A DNA stretch of 64,000 bases from Chiloscyllium plagiosum (lineage: Eukaryota). The stretch covers positions 83,250,345 through 83,314,344 of the forward strand of contig NC_057718.1 in the NCBI RefSeq assembly GCF_004010195.1, in the 5' to 3' direction. Within the stretch, counting starts at the first letter, position 1. Every line of letters starts with the position of its first letter. The notes beneath the pieces are model-generated. The model was not told the origin of the DNA and searched no databases. It was given only the letters and a program-made list of their open reading frames with translations. This document shows, one piece after another, positions 1 through 10,710 of this stretch. Made by a program: the position numbers and the translations under genes.

Positions 1-1445
1 GTGATTGTACATCTCCAACATCGGCCCTGACAGAACCCCTATAAACTCCTTATAAAACACACCCGGAAGACCATCAGGACCAGGAGCTTTCCCACTCTGA
101 AGTTGCCTAGCTGCCTCCTGTATTTCCTGAACTGTCAAGGGGGCATTAAGGAGAGGGGCCTGTTCCAGGGTTACCCCTGGGAGGTCCAGGTTCTTAAAAA
201 AGGTCTCCATTTTAGCCCTCCTGTCTTCGCAACCTTCAGACCGATACAATTCAGAGTAAAAGCTCTGAAAAGCCTCAATAATCTTTTTAGCATCATATGT
301 AAGGACCACGGCGCTGTCACTGATTGGAGTAATGGATTGGGGAGCACGCTTTTTCCTAGTCACGTATGCTAACTACTTCCCTGGCCTATCCCCACTTGCA
401 AAAGCAAGTTCTTTCTTTGCGTTTTGTGTCAAGGCAGCCCGGAGGGTCGTGATCTGCTGTAGCTTAGTCACTGAAGGCCGCGCAAAATGTGCCGCCTTGG
501 CGGCATTCAACCGCGTCTTAAGTAGATGCTGCTGTTCCTCCTTCTGTCGTTTCCGGCTCGCCAAATAGGAAATAGCAAATCCCCTAGCATAGGCCCACAG
601 AATAGATGAACTACTAGCTGTGCCTGAGTTGATAGTCAAGAATTCCTGAAACTCCTTCAAAATGTATTCCACAAATTTGGAATCCTTATGGAGAAAAGGG
701 TCCAAACGCCAGTGCCACAAACCTAGCCCTTCACTCTTGGCCTTAACCTCCAAATATACTGCCTTGTGATCAGAGATAGCTATATTCCCAATTTTACAAC
801 CCATAATCGAATTCAGAAGGGCTGAAGGAGCCAGAAAGAGGTCAATCCTCATGTAACATTTATGTGGTTTGAAAAAAAGGTGAAGTCCCTGCTGGTAGGG
901 TGAAAACATCTCCAAATATCCACCAGCCCCAACTCCTCACATAAGTCAACCACCTGCTTGGCCTGCGAAGAAATAGTTGGGGGCTCACTAGGTATCCTGT
1001 CCACTATTGGATCCAAAAGACAATTAAAATCCCCCCTATAATAATGTACCATGTTCCAAAAGCACCCAACGTAGAGAAACCACTAACAAAAATTTGCCAA
1101 AGGACAGTAGACATTTAAAGTGCCATATTCTGCCCCATGTATCAGGGCTTTAATAATCACAAACTGTTCCTGCTCATCTTTCACCTGCTCTAATAATGTA
1201 AACGGCAGATTTTTCTGGGTAAGTACCGCCACTCCCCTACTTTTAGTAGTAAAGGATGAAAAGAATACCCGGTCATCACCCCTCTGTTGTAATTTCAGGT
1301 GTTCTCCATCATCAAGATGGGTTTCCTGCAACAAAGCGATATCAACCCTTTCCCTTTTAAGGCTAGAAAGCACTTTTTTCCTTTAAACAGGCAAATGACT
1401 TCCCTTAATGTTCCAGGTGCACCATTTAATAAGACACTTAGCCAT
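1..1445 (-). pseudogene. LINE-1 ORF2 N-terminal part (APE endonuclease and following region), frameshifted; continues beyond window start
   Basis: ATG at 1445 gives MAKCLIKWCTWNIKG. ORF fragments show DIALLQETHL, NVYCP, GDFN, RIDLF and SDH (L1 EN motifs); PGPDG at ~130-145. Confidence 0.9.
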
Positions 1446-2089
1446 ATCCCCCTTGAGAGACCCTTAACCCCTCGAAGGGAGAACCCTGCTTACAAAGCGC
1501 CAAGCATAAGTAAATAAAGACTCATAGAATCGATAAACTATATATACAAAAACTACTCTATCATAACTATAAACAACTATTACTACCAAAAAACTACAAA
1601 AAAAACCAACTATAAAACCTTGAATGGAAGACTCTTCCCCCTGCCCATCGGGGGCACTCACCCTACCTATCCCCTCCTTCACAGCTCCTTCAAACCCGGA
1701 CTGTGCCCCAGCCTTTTCACAGCTCCTTCAAACCCGGACTGTGCCCCAGCCTTAGGCCAGAAAAAAAACAAGGAGATGCTCCTTAAATCAACAGAAAAAA
1801 GACCAAGTCAGGATGAGCACTCCACCCATCTCTGGCTTCATGTCACCCTGACTTGTGACTAAAAGAGAAACAGAACAAACAAAAAAAAATGGGGGAGAGA
1901 CAACAAAGAACATTCACAAAATTGCCCATCAGAAAATCCAATTATTAAAATAAAAACGACCAATTTATTCCAAGGTCTTTCCCCACCCCCCCTTTCCAAA
2001 AAGTAAATTATTAGGGAGAAAGAAAGGATAAGAAAACATGGGGAAAGATAGAAAAGAGAACAAACATGAACAGTATTCTTCAGGCCAAT

Positions 2090-3186
2090 CCGTCCATTTT
2101 AAAGTGTCCACAAAGTTTTTAGCTTTATCCGTTGAGTCAAATATATAAACTGAGTCCTTGTGGCTGAAACGAAGTACTGCAGGGTATCTCATGGAGTACT
2201 GGATACCCATGTCCACAAAGTTTTTAGCTTTATCCGCTGAGTCAAATGTATAAACTGAGTCCTTGTGGTTGAAACGAAGTACTGCAGGGTATCTCATGGA
2301 GTACTGGATACCCAGGTTCCCCAGCCTCTTTTTAACTTATCGAAGGACTTCCTCTTTCGAATTACAGCTGCAGAGAAATCCTGGAAAAACATGATTTTTG
2401 ATCCCTTTAACAGCAGTGCCTGCGGATCCTACCCAGGGATCTGGAAGCTTCTATGACTTTTTGCTTGTCCTTATATGAGTGGAACTGCACTAAGACTGGG
2501 CGGGGGCACTGCACTGGCCCTGACCTGTGCACTGTAACCCAATAAGCCCTTTCAATCTGTAGCCTGCTGGACTCAATGTGAAGGCCCAAGAACTTCGTCA
2601 GCCAGCTTTCAAAGAAGCTGACTGGCTCCTCACCTTCAGGGAGCCTGACAATTCGGAGATTTATCCTCTGACCTCGATTTTCGAGGTGGTTGATATGGTT
2701 CTGCAAGGCCTGCACATCTCGCTCCAGCACCTGGATCCGACTGGATGAGGATTCCATCGCAGCTTCCGAGGCCTTAGTTCGTCCCTCCAGCTCCTCCAGC
2801 CGCTCCCCGAGGCCCTGGTCTCCTGCTCATGCTTCTGCAGCATGGATGCAATAGGTTGGACCTGGGCATGAATCGCAGCTTCCGAGGCCTTAGTTCGTCC
2901 CTCCAGCTCCTCCAGCCGCTCTGCCGAAGCCCTGGATCTCCTGCTCATGCTTCTGCAGCATAGATGCAATAGGTTGGACCTGGGCATGAATCTCTCCAAG
3001 GATCTCCTCAATCGCAGCCACAACTTTCAAGGTAAGTCTCTCCATCGCCGCAGCCAATTCCTGTGAGTCTGTCAGGTCCCTATGGGGTTCAGGAGAGGCT
3101 GCTCCTCTGGCAGTTTCTGGTATGGTAGGTACTGCAGGGGAGTGTCCTCCCTGCTGCTGTTTGCCTGTTCCCTTTCCCTTTGGCAT
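2090..3186 (-). pseudogene. LINE-1 ORF1 (coiled coil + RRM + CTD), disrupted
   Basis: Fragments read MPKGKG..., LENRGQRINLRIVRLPEGEE, IERAY, PRPVLVQF and YSMRYPAVLRF, typical of vertebrate L1 ORF1. Confidence 0.85.
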
Positions 3187-3203
3187 CTTTCCCACTCCCA
3201 AAT

Positions 3204-3800
3204 TGTAAAGTATAGGGTTAAAATTGTGCAGAATAAGGGAACAGGTGTTGCTTCTGCAAAAGCTTACTTTATAAAATTGGGCTGCGCATGCAAATACTGA
3301 ACAGTGAGAAGCGAAAACAGGTAGAATTATCTATGACTAATAGGGCAGAGTGACCGTGTAGCGGGATGTACCAGTAACAGGAGAATAGTGTGTCAGTCGC
3401 AGGAGGGATGTGGCCAACGGATGGAAATTAGTTTGGCAGGATGATCGCACGAAGACAGCAAACTATGCCAGGATAGTCACATATAAGGAATGAGATAAAT
3501 AAGAGTAAGGGGCGACAGGCTTAGAGTAATGGGAGAAGTAAACAGAGGCGGAGAGAAACTAGACAAAGGTGGAGTGAAGCTAGAGCTTGTGATTGATTAC
3601 TCTTGCTGTAGCGCGTAGCCTATGTGGTGAAAGGGGAGCACCGAGAGACTCAGCTGAAAAGCATAAATCAGAATGTAACCCTCAGATCGGGGTGCTTACT
3701 TGTTAGGCACCTGTTCTTGCAAGTACGTATCAATAAAATTTGCTGCTTCAGAATTTGACTTGGACTGAAATTTATTAATATGTGAGTTTTGTTTGTCACA
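3204..3800 (+). repeat. 5' LTR
   Basis: TGTAAAG...TCACA, direct repeat of 9553-10147; AATAAA at 3732; TATA-like CATAAA at ~3662. Confidence 0.95.
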
Positions 3801-3803
3801 ATT

Positions 3804-3823
3804 TGGGGGCTCGTGTCCGGGAT
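3804..3823 (+). promoter_or_regulatory. Primer-binding site, tRNA-Pro type, with a 2-nt insertion
   Basis: TGGGGGCTCGT-GT-CCGGGAT versus the canonical Pro PBS TGGGGGCTCGTCCGGGAT, 3 nt after the LTR. Confidence 0.9.
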
Positions 3824-4104
3824 GTCCATCATCATCAGCAGGGTGGGCACTTTCGACGGCTGGGAAGACACATCCCATTCCTTTTAGAACGGTCCTGTGT
3901 TCCTCAGCAGTGGGTTCCCCCTTCTGGTTGACTGATCAAGATCCGATGAGAGTCTATCTGAACCAGGCGAAAGGTTGTAAGTAGGCACAGGGAGCCAGGC
4001 AACTCCGTGCATGGACCAAGGTAGGAAAAGAGATTTTTAAGTACTGCCTTGGTGGCTGGGATTAAGTTCTAGTAGTTAATAAGTGTCTAACGAAGGAAAT
4101 CAAT

Positions 4105-4870
4105 ATGAGCTGTGCTGTGGGTAAAGTAAAAGCCTCCGGAAAAAAAAATGGAAATGGAGGCAGGGTCCCTGACAACATACCTCCAGAAAGTCCTTGGGCA
4201 GGATATTGTGGAATTGGAAAAATAGTACTTGTACGAGGCAAAAAGATAGCAAAATGATGATTAAATATTGTTGCTTTGTATGGACTAAGGAATCCATTCT
4301 TCGTCCTGCCGTCTTCTGGCCAAAGTACGGGTCGGACGAAGACTGTGTTTGTAAATATTTGAATTTATATGTCAACAGAAAACAGCCTTTCAGTCAGGAG
4401 GGATCAGATTATGCTTCGTGTTGGAAGGGCTAGTAGCTGAAGAGCCACTGAGGATACACTTCGTAACTAAACCATGACCAGACATCCAGAAAAAAAATTC
4501 AGAAAATAGATGGGTGGAGTAAGAAATCACTTGAGGAATTATTAAGAGAGGCACAGAAAGTGTTTGTAAAGAGAGAGGACGAGAAGCAAAAACAGAAGGC
4601 GAAAATGATGGTAGCCACGATTGACGAAGTAGTCAAGAAAAGAATTGAACCGGTGACTAGCAACCGGAGTGGAGGGTGGCAGCACGTAGAACATAGAGGA
4701 AGGGGTAGAGGACAAAGAGGACCTTTCGTAAGGTCCAGTTGACAGGGACAAGGACAGAGGTGGAGACTCCAACAAGCAGGGTATTATATCCAGAAAAAGT
4801 TTCAAAAGAGAGAGGGGTGGAGCAAGAAGCCTCTAGAATTGTTGTTGCAGGAAGCTCAGAAAGTGTCTGT
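4105..4870 (+). pseudogene. gag: gag remnant (MA plus the C-terminal part of CA; internal deletion)
   Basis: MMIKYCCFVWTKE..FWPKYGSDED..SQEGSDYASCW (HERV-I-like MA, recognised from memory), then PDIQKK..LEELLREAQKVFVKR. Confidence 0.85.
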
Positions 4871-5834
4871 GAGATATGGTGTGTGTGTGTATGTATGTGT
4901 ATGTGTGTGAGTGAGAGAGAAAAGAACTGTAGCTAATACAAAGTTTAACCCTTTGTGATTCGGTTTGAATGCACATTTGTCTGTTGGTGATTGAATGTTT
5001 GTGCTTTGTTCCCTGGAGCTTGAGATCCAGGACTGTTTTGAATCTGATTTCTATTATGGAAATTTAACATGATTTCTTTTAAGATTAAGGATTTTACAGT
5101 GATTATGAAATAAAATGTTAACTTCTGTTCTTTTTACAGGTCATGACTGCCTTACTATCAGTTTCTAACTAATCTCTTTTATCCTTACATAAAAGCGATT
5201 CCAAATCAGCTTAATACGGAGGAAAACAACATAACCTTTTTTTGTGTTTCAGACTCATTTGTTTTCACTTAATTTTAAGCCGCAGCTTTATTCAGAAAGT
5301 TCCCTCCCTCAATGACAGTTGAAGTTTGAGTTCAACATTAGATTGTAATAAATCAATCCTATGGTTAATATCTGTGACCTTGGATTCGACCATTATTCAT
5401 GCATTAGAAGTTTTTTTTAAACTTGAATAGACAAATCCTTTTAAGACAGCTCTGGTTATTTCATTGTAATTGAGCAATGACTGGTCAGGACTACTTAAGA
5501 AAACTAATTTTGGATTTAAATTAAGGGACTAAAACCAGGTAATAATAGTGGATTTCAAAGTTGGGAACTGTATGCATTTTACATTTTAAATATTAAATAC
5601 TGAATAAATGAATTTATAATATATAAATATATATTTATAAGAAAGATTCAGCTCAGTAATTGATCTGGCAACATAACATGGGAGTGGGAACGAAAGAGTT
5701 AATTGGATTATGGCGACAGTTTTGTGATGAGAGGCATGAAGAATCAGTTTTGCGCTCATGACAAGATACTGCCACCAAATTGGGGATTGAATTAACTGCA
5801 AATGGTGCTATGAAATTGGTTGAGGTATTTACAT

Positions 5835-7546
5835 TATAGAATATCAGACTAAAGTAAGAATGGACCTTAGAGATATTCCTCTACATGTAGGGGCCAGGTG
5901 TTCATTGATGGGTCCTCCAGAGTGATTGATGGTAAAAGACACAATGGATATGCGATAGCGGATGGAATAGAGGGGAGTGTTACTGAGGCTAGTTGACTAC
6001 CCAATGATTGGTCGGCTCAGACTTGCGAACTTTATGCACTAGGAAGGGCTCTTAAGACCTTGGAAGGCAAAGAAGGAACTGTATACACAGATTCTAAGTC
6101 TGCCTTCGGGGTGGCACGCACATTTGGGAAGATACGGCAGGAGAGGGGACTGATAAACAGTAGGGGTAAAGAACTGGCTCATGAGGAATTGGTAAAGCAA
6201 GTATTAGAATCCCTTTTGTTGCCGAAGGAAATAGCAATAGTCCACATAAATGGACATCAGCAGGGAAATGATCCAGAAGCAAAGGGAAATAGATTAGCGG
6301 ATGAAATCGCTAAGGAGGCAGCTCTGAACCCTCTACCTGCTACAATATACATATTTTGGTACCAATGGTGCAGGAACCTGGGGGGAGACCGATATTTAGC
6401 GCTAAGGAAGAGAGAGAGTTAGAAGAACTGGGAGCTACGCAGACAGTAGAGGGGCGCTGGATGCTACCCGATGGCCGGGAGATGCTAAATAAGATGATGA
6501 TGCAAGAAATTATTGCTGTCTTACACCAGGGGAGTCACTGGGGAGTGCAAGCAATGTGTGATTTGGTCTTAAGGAAATATGGATGCAAAGGGATCTATAC
6601 GATAGCCAAACAGATATGTGAGGGATGTATAACATCCAAGAAAATCAACAAGGTATTGAGGACACAAGTCCCAGGAGGGAGAGAACCTGGGCTCCGACCA
6701 TTTCAGAGCATTCAGGCAGATTATACCGAATTACCCCGAGTGGGAAGATTGAGGTAAATACTGGTAATGGTTGATCACCTATCTGGATGTGTGGAGGCAT
6801 ATCCTTTAGCCACTGCCACCGCAAGTGGGGTGTCCAAGATAATACTTGAACACATAATCCCCAGATATGGGATAGTCGAGTGCATAGATTTGGATCAGGG
6901 AACTCATTTTACTTCCAGGATACTCCAGGGAGTAATGAAGGGGTTAGGAGTCTCCTGGGAGTTCCACACCCTTTGGCACCCACCTTCATCAGGAAAGGTT
7001 GAGAGAATGAACCAGACACTCAAGAAGCAGTTATCGAAATTAGTAATAGAAACCAGACTCCCTTGGACTAAGTGTTTACCAAAAGCCCTTCTGCGAGTGC
7101 AGACGGCCCCAAGGAAAGATATGGGGCTGTCCCTTTATAGGATATTGTTTGGCCTGCCCTATCTGGGAACGAAAGGGGAACTGCCAACCATGGAGACTAA
7201 AGATCTGTTCTTAAAGAAGTATATACTGGGCTTGTCCTCCTCTTTGCCTTTTCTTAGGAAACAAGGATTACTGGCACAGACTCCGCCCCTTGAATTCGCC
7301 ATTCATCCCATGTGGGGGATTGTAGGGAGATTGGGCCATAATTAAGTCATGGACAGAAACTAAATTGCAACTGGATTGGGAGGGACCGTACCAGGCTCTT
7401 TTGACGACTGAAACGGCGATACGCACGGCGGAGAAAGGCTGGACTCACTACACCAGGATTAAAGGACTGGTGGAATCCCCGGTTAAGAAAGAAGTCTGGA
7501 CAGCCAAATTGACGGAAGAACCACTGAAACTCAGACTTTAAGTAAC
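5835..7546 (+). pseudogene. pol: pol remnant: RNase H and integrase
   Basis: FIDGSS, SAQTCELYAL, VYTDSKSAFG and KGNRLAD (RNase H); HQGSH..CEGC zinc finger, D..D..E and WEGPY. In-frame stops (e.g. 6755-6757) and frameshifts are present. Confidence 0.92.
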
Positions 7547-7637
7547 TGATTTTTATGCGGACGCAGGATAGTTTCTTTTTGATATCTATATATTGTATTA
7601 CATGTTAAATCTCTCGGTCCTTCAATACTATTATAGG

Positions 7638-9528
7638 ATGCTGGGGATGCTTAAGGTTACCATATTAGCTTTCTTAGTATTGGGATCTTGTCAAAAGATG
7701 CTGTCATCTCCATATTTGTTATTAATGGTCCCGGAGTCTGAATATCCGCAAGTAATAGAGGTCGATGCTTGCAGCCTAGTAACATGCACAGATGTGAAGT
7801 ATCAGAGGGAAGATATTTCCTCCAAAATCTTTATTAAGATCCGACTGGACACAGGATATGGTTCGCAAACACTGCCACCTGGCATCACTATCCATAGAAC
7901 CCCCTTTCACCCAGCCCTAGACTGTCCTGACAAAAAGTGCCACCCGATATATCTCACCATTAGAAATACCTCCTCTGAAGACTCCTTTCCCTGTAAAAAC
8001 GGGTCTCGACTCCTTAGTAATGATTTAAAGATAGTAATGGCTGCCACTGGGAAGTGTTTCTCGGGCTGCTATTTCCGAATAGCCGTAGGAAACAGAAAAC
8101 GAGCCAAACAACTTGATAATAAGATACATCCTTTTGCCCCTCCCAATAACCCAAAGGTGGTAAAAATTATAGAAGTCAAGGACTTGAAGCAGACCATTGA
8201 AATAGAAACTGGATACGGGGACGCAAATGCCTGGGTTGAATGGGTAAAGTACACTGTTAAAACTCTGAATAAAAGCATGTGCCTCCGGTAGACCTGTTGC
8301 CCACATAGTCCCCTTTCCGCTCAGGTGGAACCAAAACAGGAAGGGCAAGGAATGTATGATAGCCCTGTATCAGGATAAGACTGCATGGAATGATAGGAAT
8401 TGTACATCCCTATCTCTAATGTTCCCTCCCTTGCAGAAGACAGATTTGAAAGCTCCCCTCCTCCCATTTTTGACCATGGTCGGGAATCACACATCGTGTA
8501 TAAGCCAACAGGGTACAAATCTGTCTAGAAACTTGGGGGAGCTGAGGTTATGTATAGAAACTCAGAATGACACCGAAACGGACAAAGGAGGGAACTACTC
8601 AGCACTCCGCGTTCCCCGGGTGGATCTCTGGTGTTACTGTGGAGGCAGAATATTGCGACCTACCCTACCTCCTGACTGGAGAGGGATATGTGCAATTGGA
8701 AATCCCATCCACCTTGGCATTTGAGAAGGAGAAGGTGGTAGTAACAAAGAACGAGAGGAGTAAAAGGTCGTTATTAGATACTTCCTTTGATGATAGGATT
8801 TATCTTGACTCTATCGGAGTTCCTAGAGGGGTCCCCAATGAGTTCAAGGCCTGCAACCAGATTGTAGCAGGTTTTGAATCGGCCCTATTTTGGTGGGTAA
8901 CGGTCAACAAAAATGTGGATTGGATAAACTATACTTTTTACAACCAGCAAAGATTCATCAATTACACTAGAGATGCAGTCAAGGGTATTTCCGAGCAACT
9001 TTATGCAGCAGAATGGCCTGGGAAAACAGACTGGCCTTAGATATGATCCTAGCTGAAAAAGAGTGTTTATGGGTGATGTTAGGAGGTAAATGTTGTACCT
9101 TTATTCCAAATAATACAGCACATGATGGTTCAATCTCTCGTGCCTTGCTGGGGTGGACCACTTTGGCGGAAGAATTGGCTGAGAATTCAGAAGTGGACAC
9201 ATCACTCACGGGATGGCTGGAATCAATGTTTGGGAAGTGGAAAGGCGTGGTAGTGTCCATCCTCACCTCCCCGATAGTGGTAGCAGGGGTACTGACAGCA
9301 ATTGGCTGTTGTATCATACCTTGTGTACGAGGGTTAACCAAGCGGCTAACTGAGATGGCCTTAGCAAAACAAATGCCTCTAAAAGGTAAACAGGCAGAGG
9401 GACTCAACCTCTTGAACAATGAGGGGATGGGTAACTTTAAGGAATTAGCCACTATAAATGAAGTCTCAGCGATGATGCTAGCCAACTGGAAGGCAACGTA
9501 TGAAACAAATGCAGAAGACAACACTTAG
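7638..9528 (+). pseudogene. env: env remnant, gamma-type, frameshifted
   Basis: Signal peptide; furin site RSKR (~8755-8766); DSIGVPRGVPNEFKA..NKNVDWINY; immunosuppressive domain WENRLALDMILAEK with GGKCC; hydrophobic anchor. Confidence 0.92.
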
Positions 9529-9533
9529 TAGCC

Positions 9534-9551
9534 AAGAAAAAAAGTGGGGGA
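9534..9551 (+). promoter_or_regulatory. Polypurine tract
   Basis: AAGAAAAAAAGTGGGGGA just before the 3' LTR. Confidence 0.9.
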
Positions 9552-9552
9552 T

Positions 9553-10147
9553 TGTAAAGTATAGGGTTAAAATTGTGCAGAATAAGGGAAAAGGTGTTGC
9601 TTCTGCAAAAGCTTACTTTATAAAATTAGGCTACGTATGCAAATACTGAACAGTGAGAAGCGAAAACAGGTAGAATTATCTATGACTAATAGGGCAGAGT
9701 GACCGTTGCGGGATGTACCAGTAACAGGAGAATAATGTGTCAGTCGCAGGAGGGATGTGGCCAATGGATGGAAATTAGTTTGGCAGGATGATCGCACGAA
9801 GACAGCAAACTATGCTGGGATAGTCACATATAAGGAATGAGATAAATAAGAGTAAGGGGCGACAGGCTTAGAGTAATGGGAGAAGTAAACAGAGGCGGAG
9901 AGAAACTAGACAAAGGTGGAGTGAAGCTAGAGCTTGTGATAGGCTACGCGCTACAGCAAAAATAACCAATGGGGTGAAACGGGAGGAACGAGAGACGCAG
10001 CTGAAAAGCATAAATCAGAATGTAACCCTCAGATCGGGGTGCTTACTTGTTAGGCACCCATTCTTGCAAGTACGTATCAATAAAATTTGCTGCTTCAGAA
10101 TTTGATTCGGACTGAAATTTATTAATATTTGAGTTTTGTTTCTCACA
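9553..10147 (+). repeat. 3' LTR
   Basis: Copy of 3204-3800, ~97% identical by hand count outside the 9939-10000 block. Confidence 0.95.
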
Positions 10148-10300
10148 CGAATATTAACAAATATGTGATCTGTAAGGTTTTAAATTAATAATTCCACCAC
10201 ATAAGTTGGCCAGGGATGGCAAAAGACACCGGTATGCCTTGGCTGTTAGGCAGAGCTGACAACAGCAGTTCTGCAGAATTGCCACCATCTTGCTTGGATT
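10148..10300 (-). mobile_element. Displaced 5' end / 5'UTR of the LINE-1
   Basis: The minus strand reads CAAGATGGTGGC (YY1-type L1 start motif, 10281-10292). Removing the provirus joins this segment directly to the ~17 nt upstream of the ORF1 ATG. Confidence 0.6.
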
Positions 10301-10710
10301 CTTATCTGGTGTTTGATGGGGGGGTTCCTGCATGCAAACATGTAGTCATGTACAACTCCGAAGGCATATTGGCTATCTGCATAAATGTTCACAATTCTCC
10401 CCTTTGACAGCTCAAATGCTTTGGTTAGCACTACCATCGCTGCTACTTGTGCGGACTGAATTCCGTCAATCCTTCCTGACGTAGCGGTCTCTCGTTTATA
10501 ATTTACCATGGCCCATCCTGTGCGGGGTGACCCAGCTACATATTTCCATGACCCATCCACAAAGAGGGTCTCCTTGACTGTGTCTAGGGGTGTATGCTTT
10601 ACCCTACACTGATCTTCATCCCCATTTATGTCTCCGCAATTGTGTGATTCCCGTGTCCAGAATTCCCTTGGCTGGGTTTTTAGTTCTATTTTGTTTTTGT
10701 CAATCCAATT
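10300..10710 (-). pseudogene. pol: RNase H / tether remnant of a second ERV
   Basis: TPLDTVKETLFVDGS..RTGWA..SAQVA..VNIYADSQYAFGVVHDY..PIKH. Confidence 0.85.

Larger units (their letters stand above)
3204..10147 (+). mobile_element. Endogenous retrovirus, class I (HERV-I/HERVIP-like gag), defective: PR and RT absent
   Basis: Two ~595-bp TG...CA LTRs, PBS, PPT and gag/RNase H/IN/env remnants; 5-bp TSD caaat (3199-3203) / cgaat (10148-10152). Confidence 0.95.

Noticed and set aside
7593..9528. Intact syncytin-like captured env
   Set aside because: At least three frameshifts and loss of the CxxC motif.
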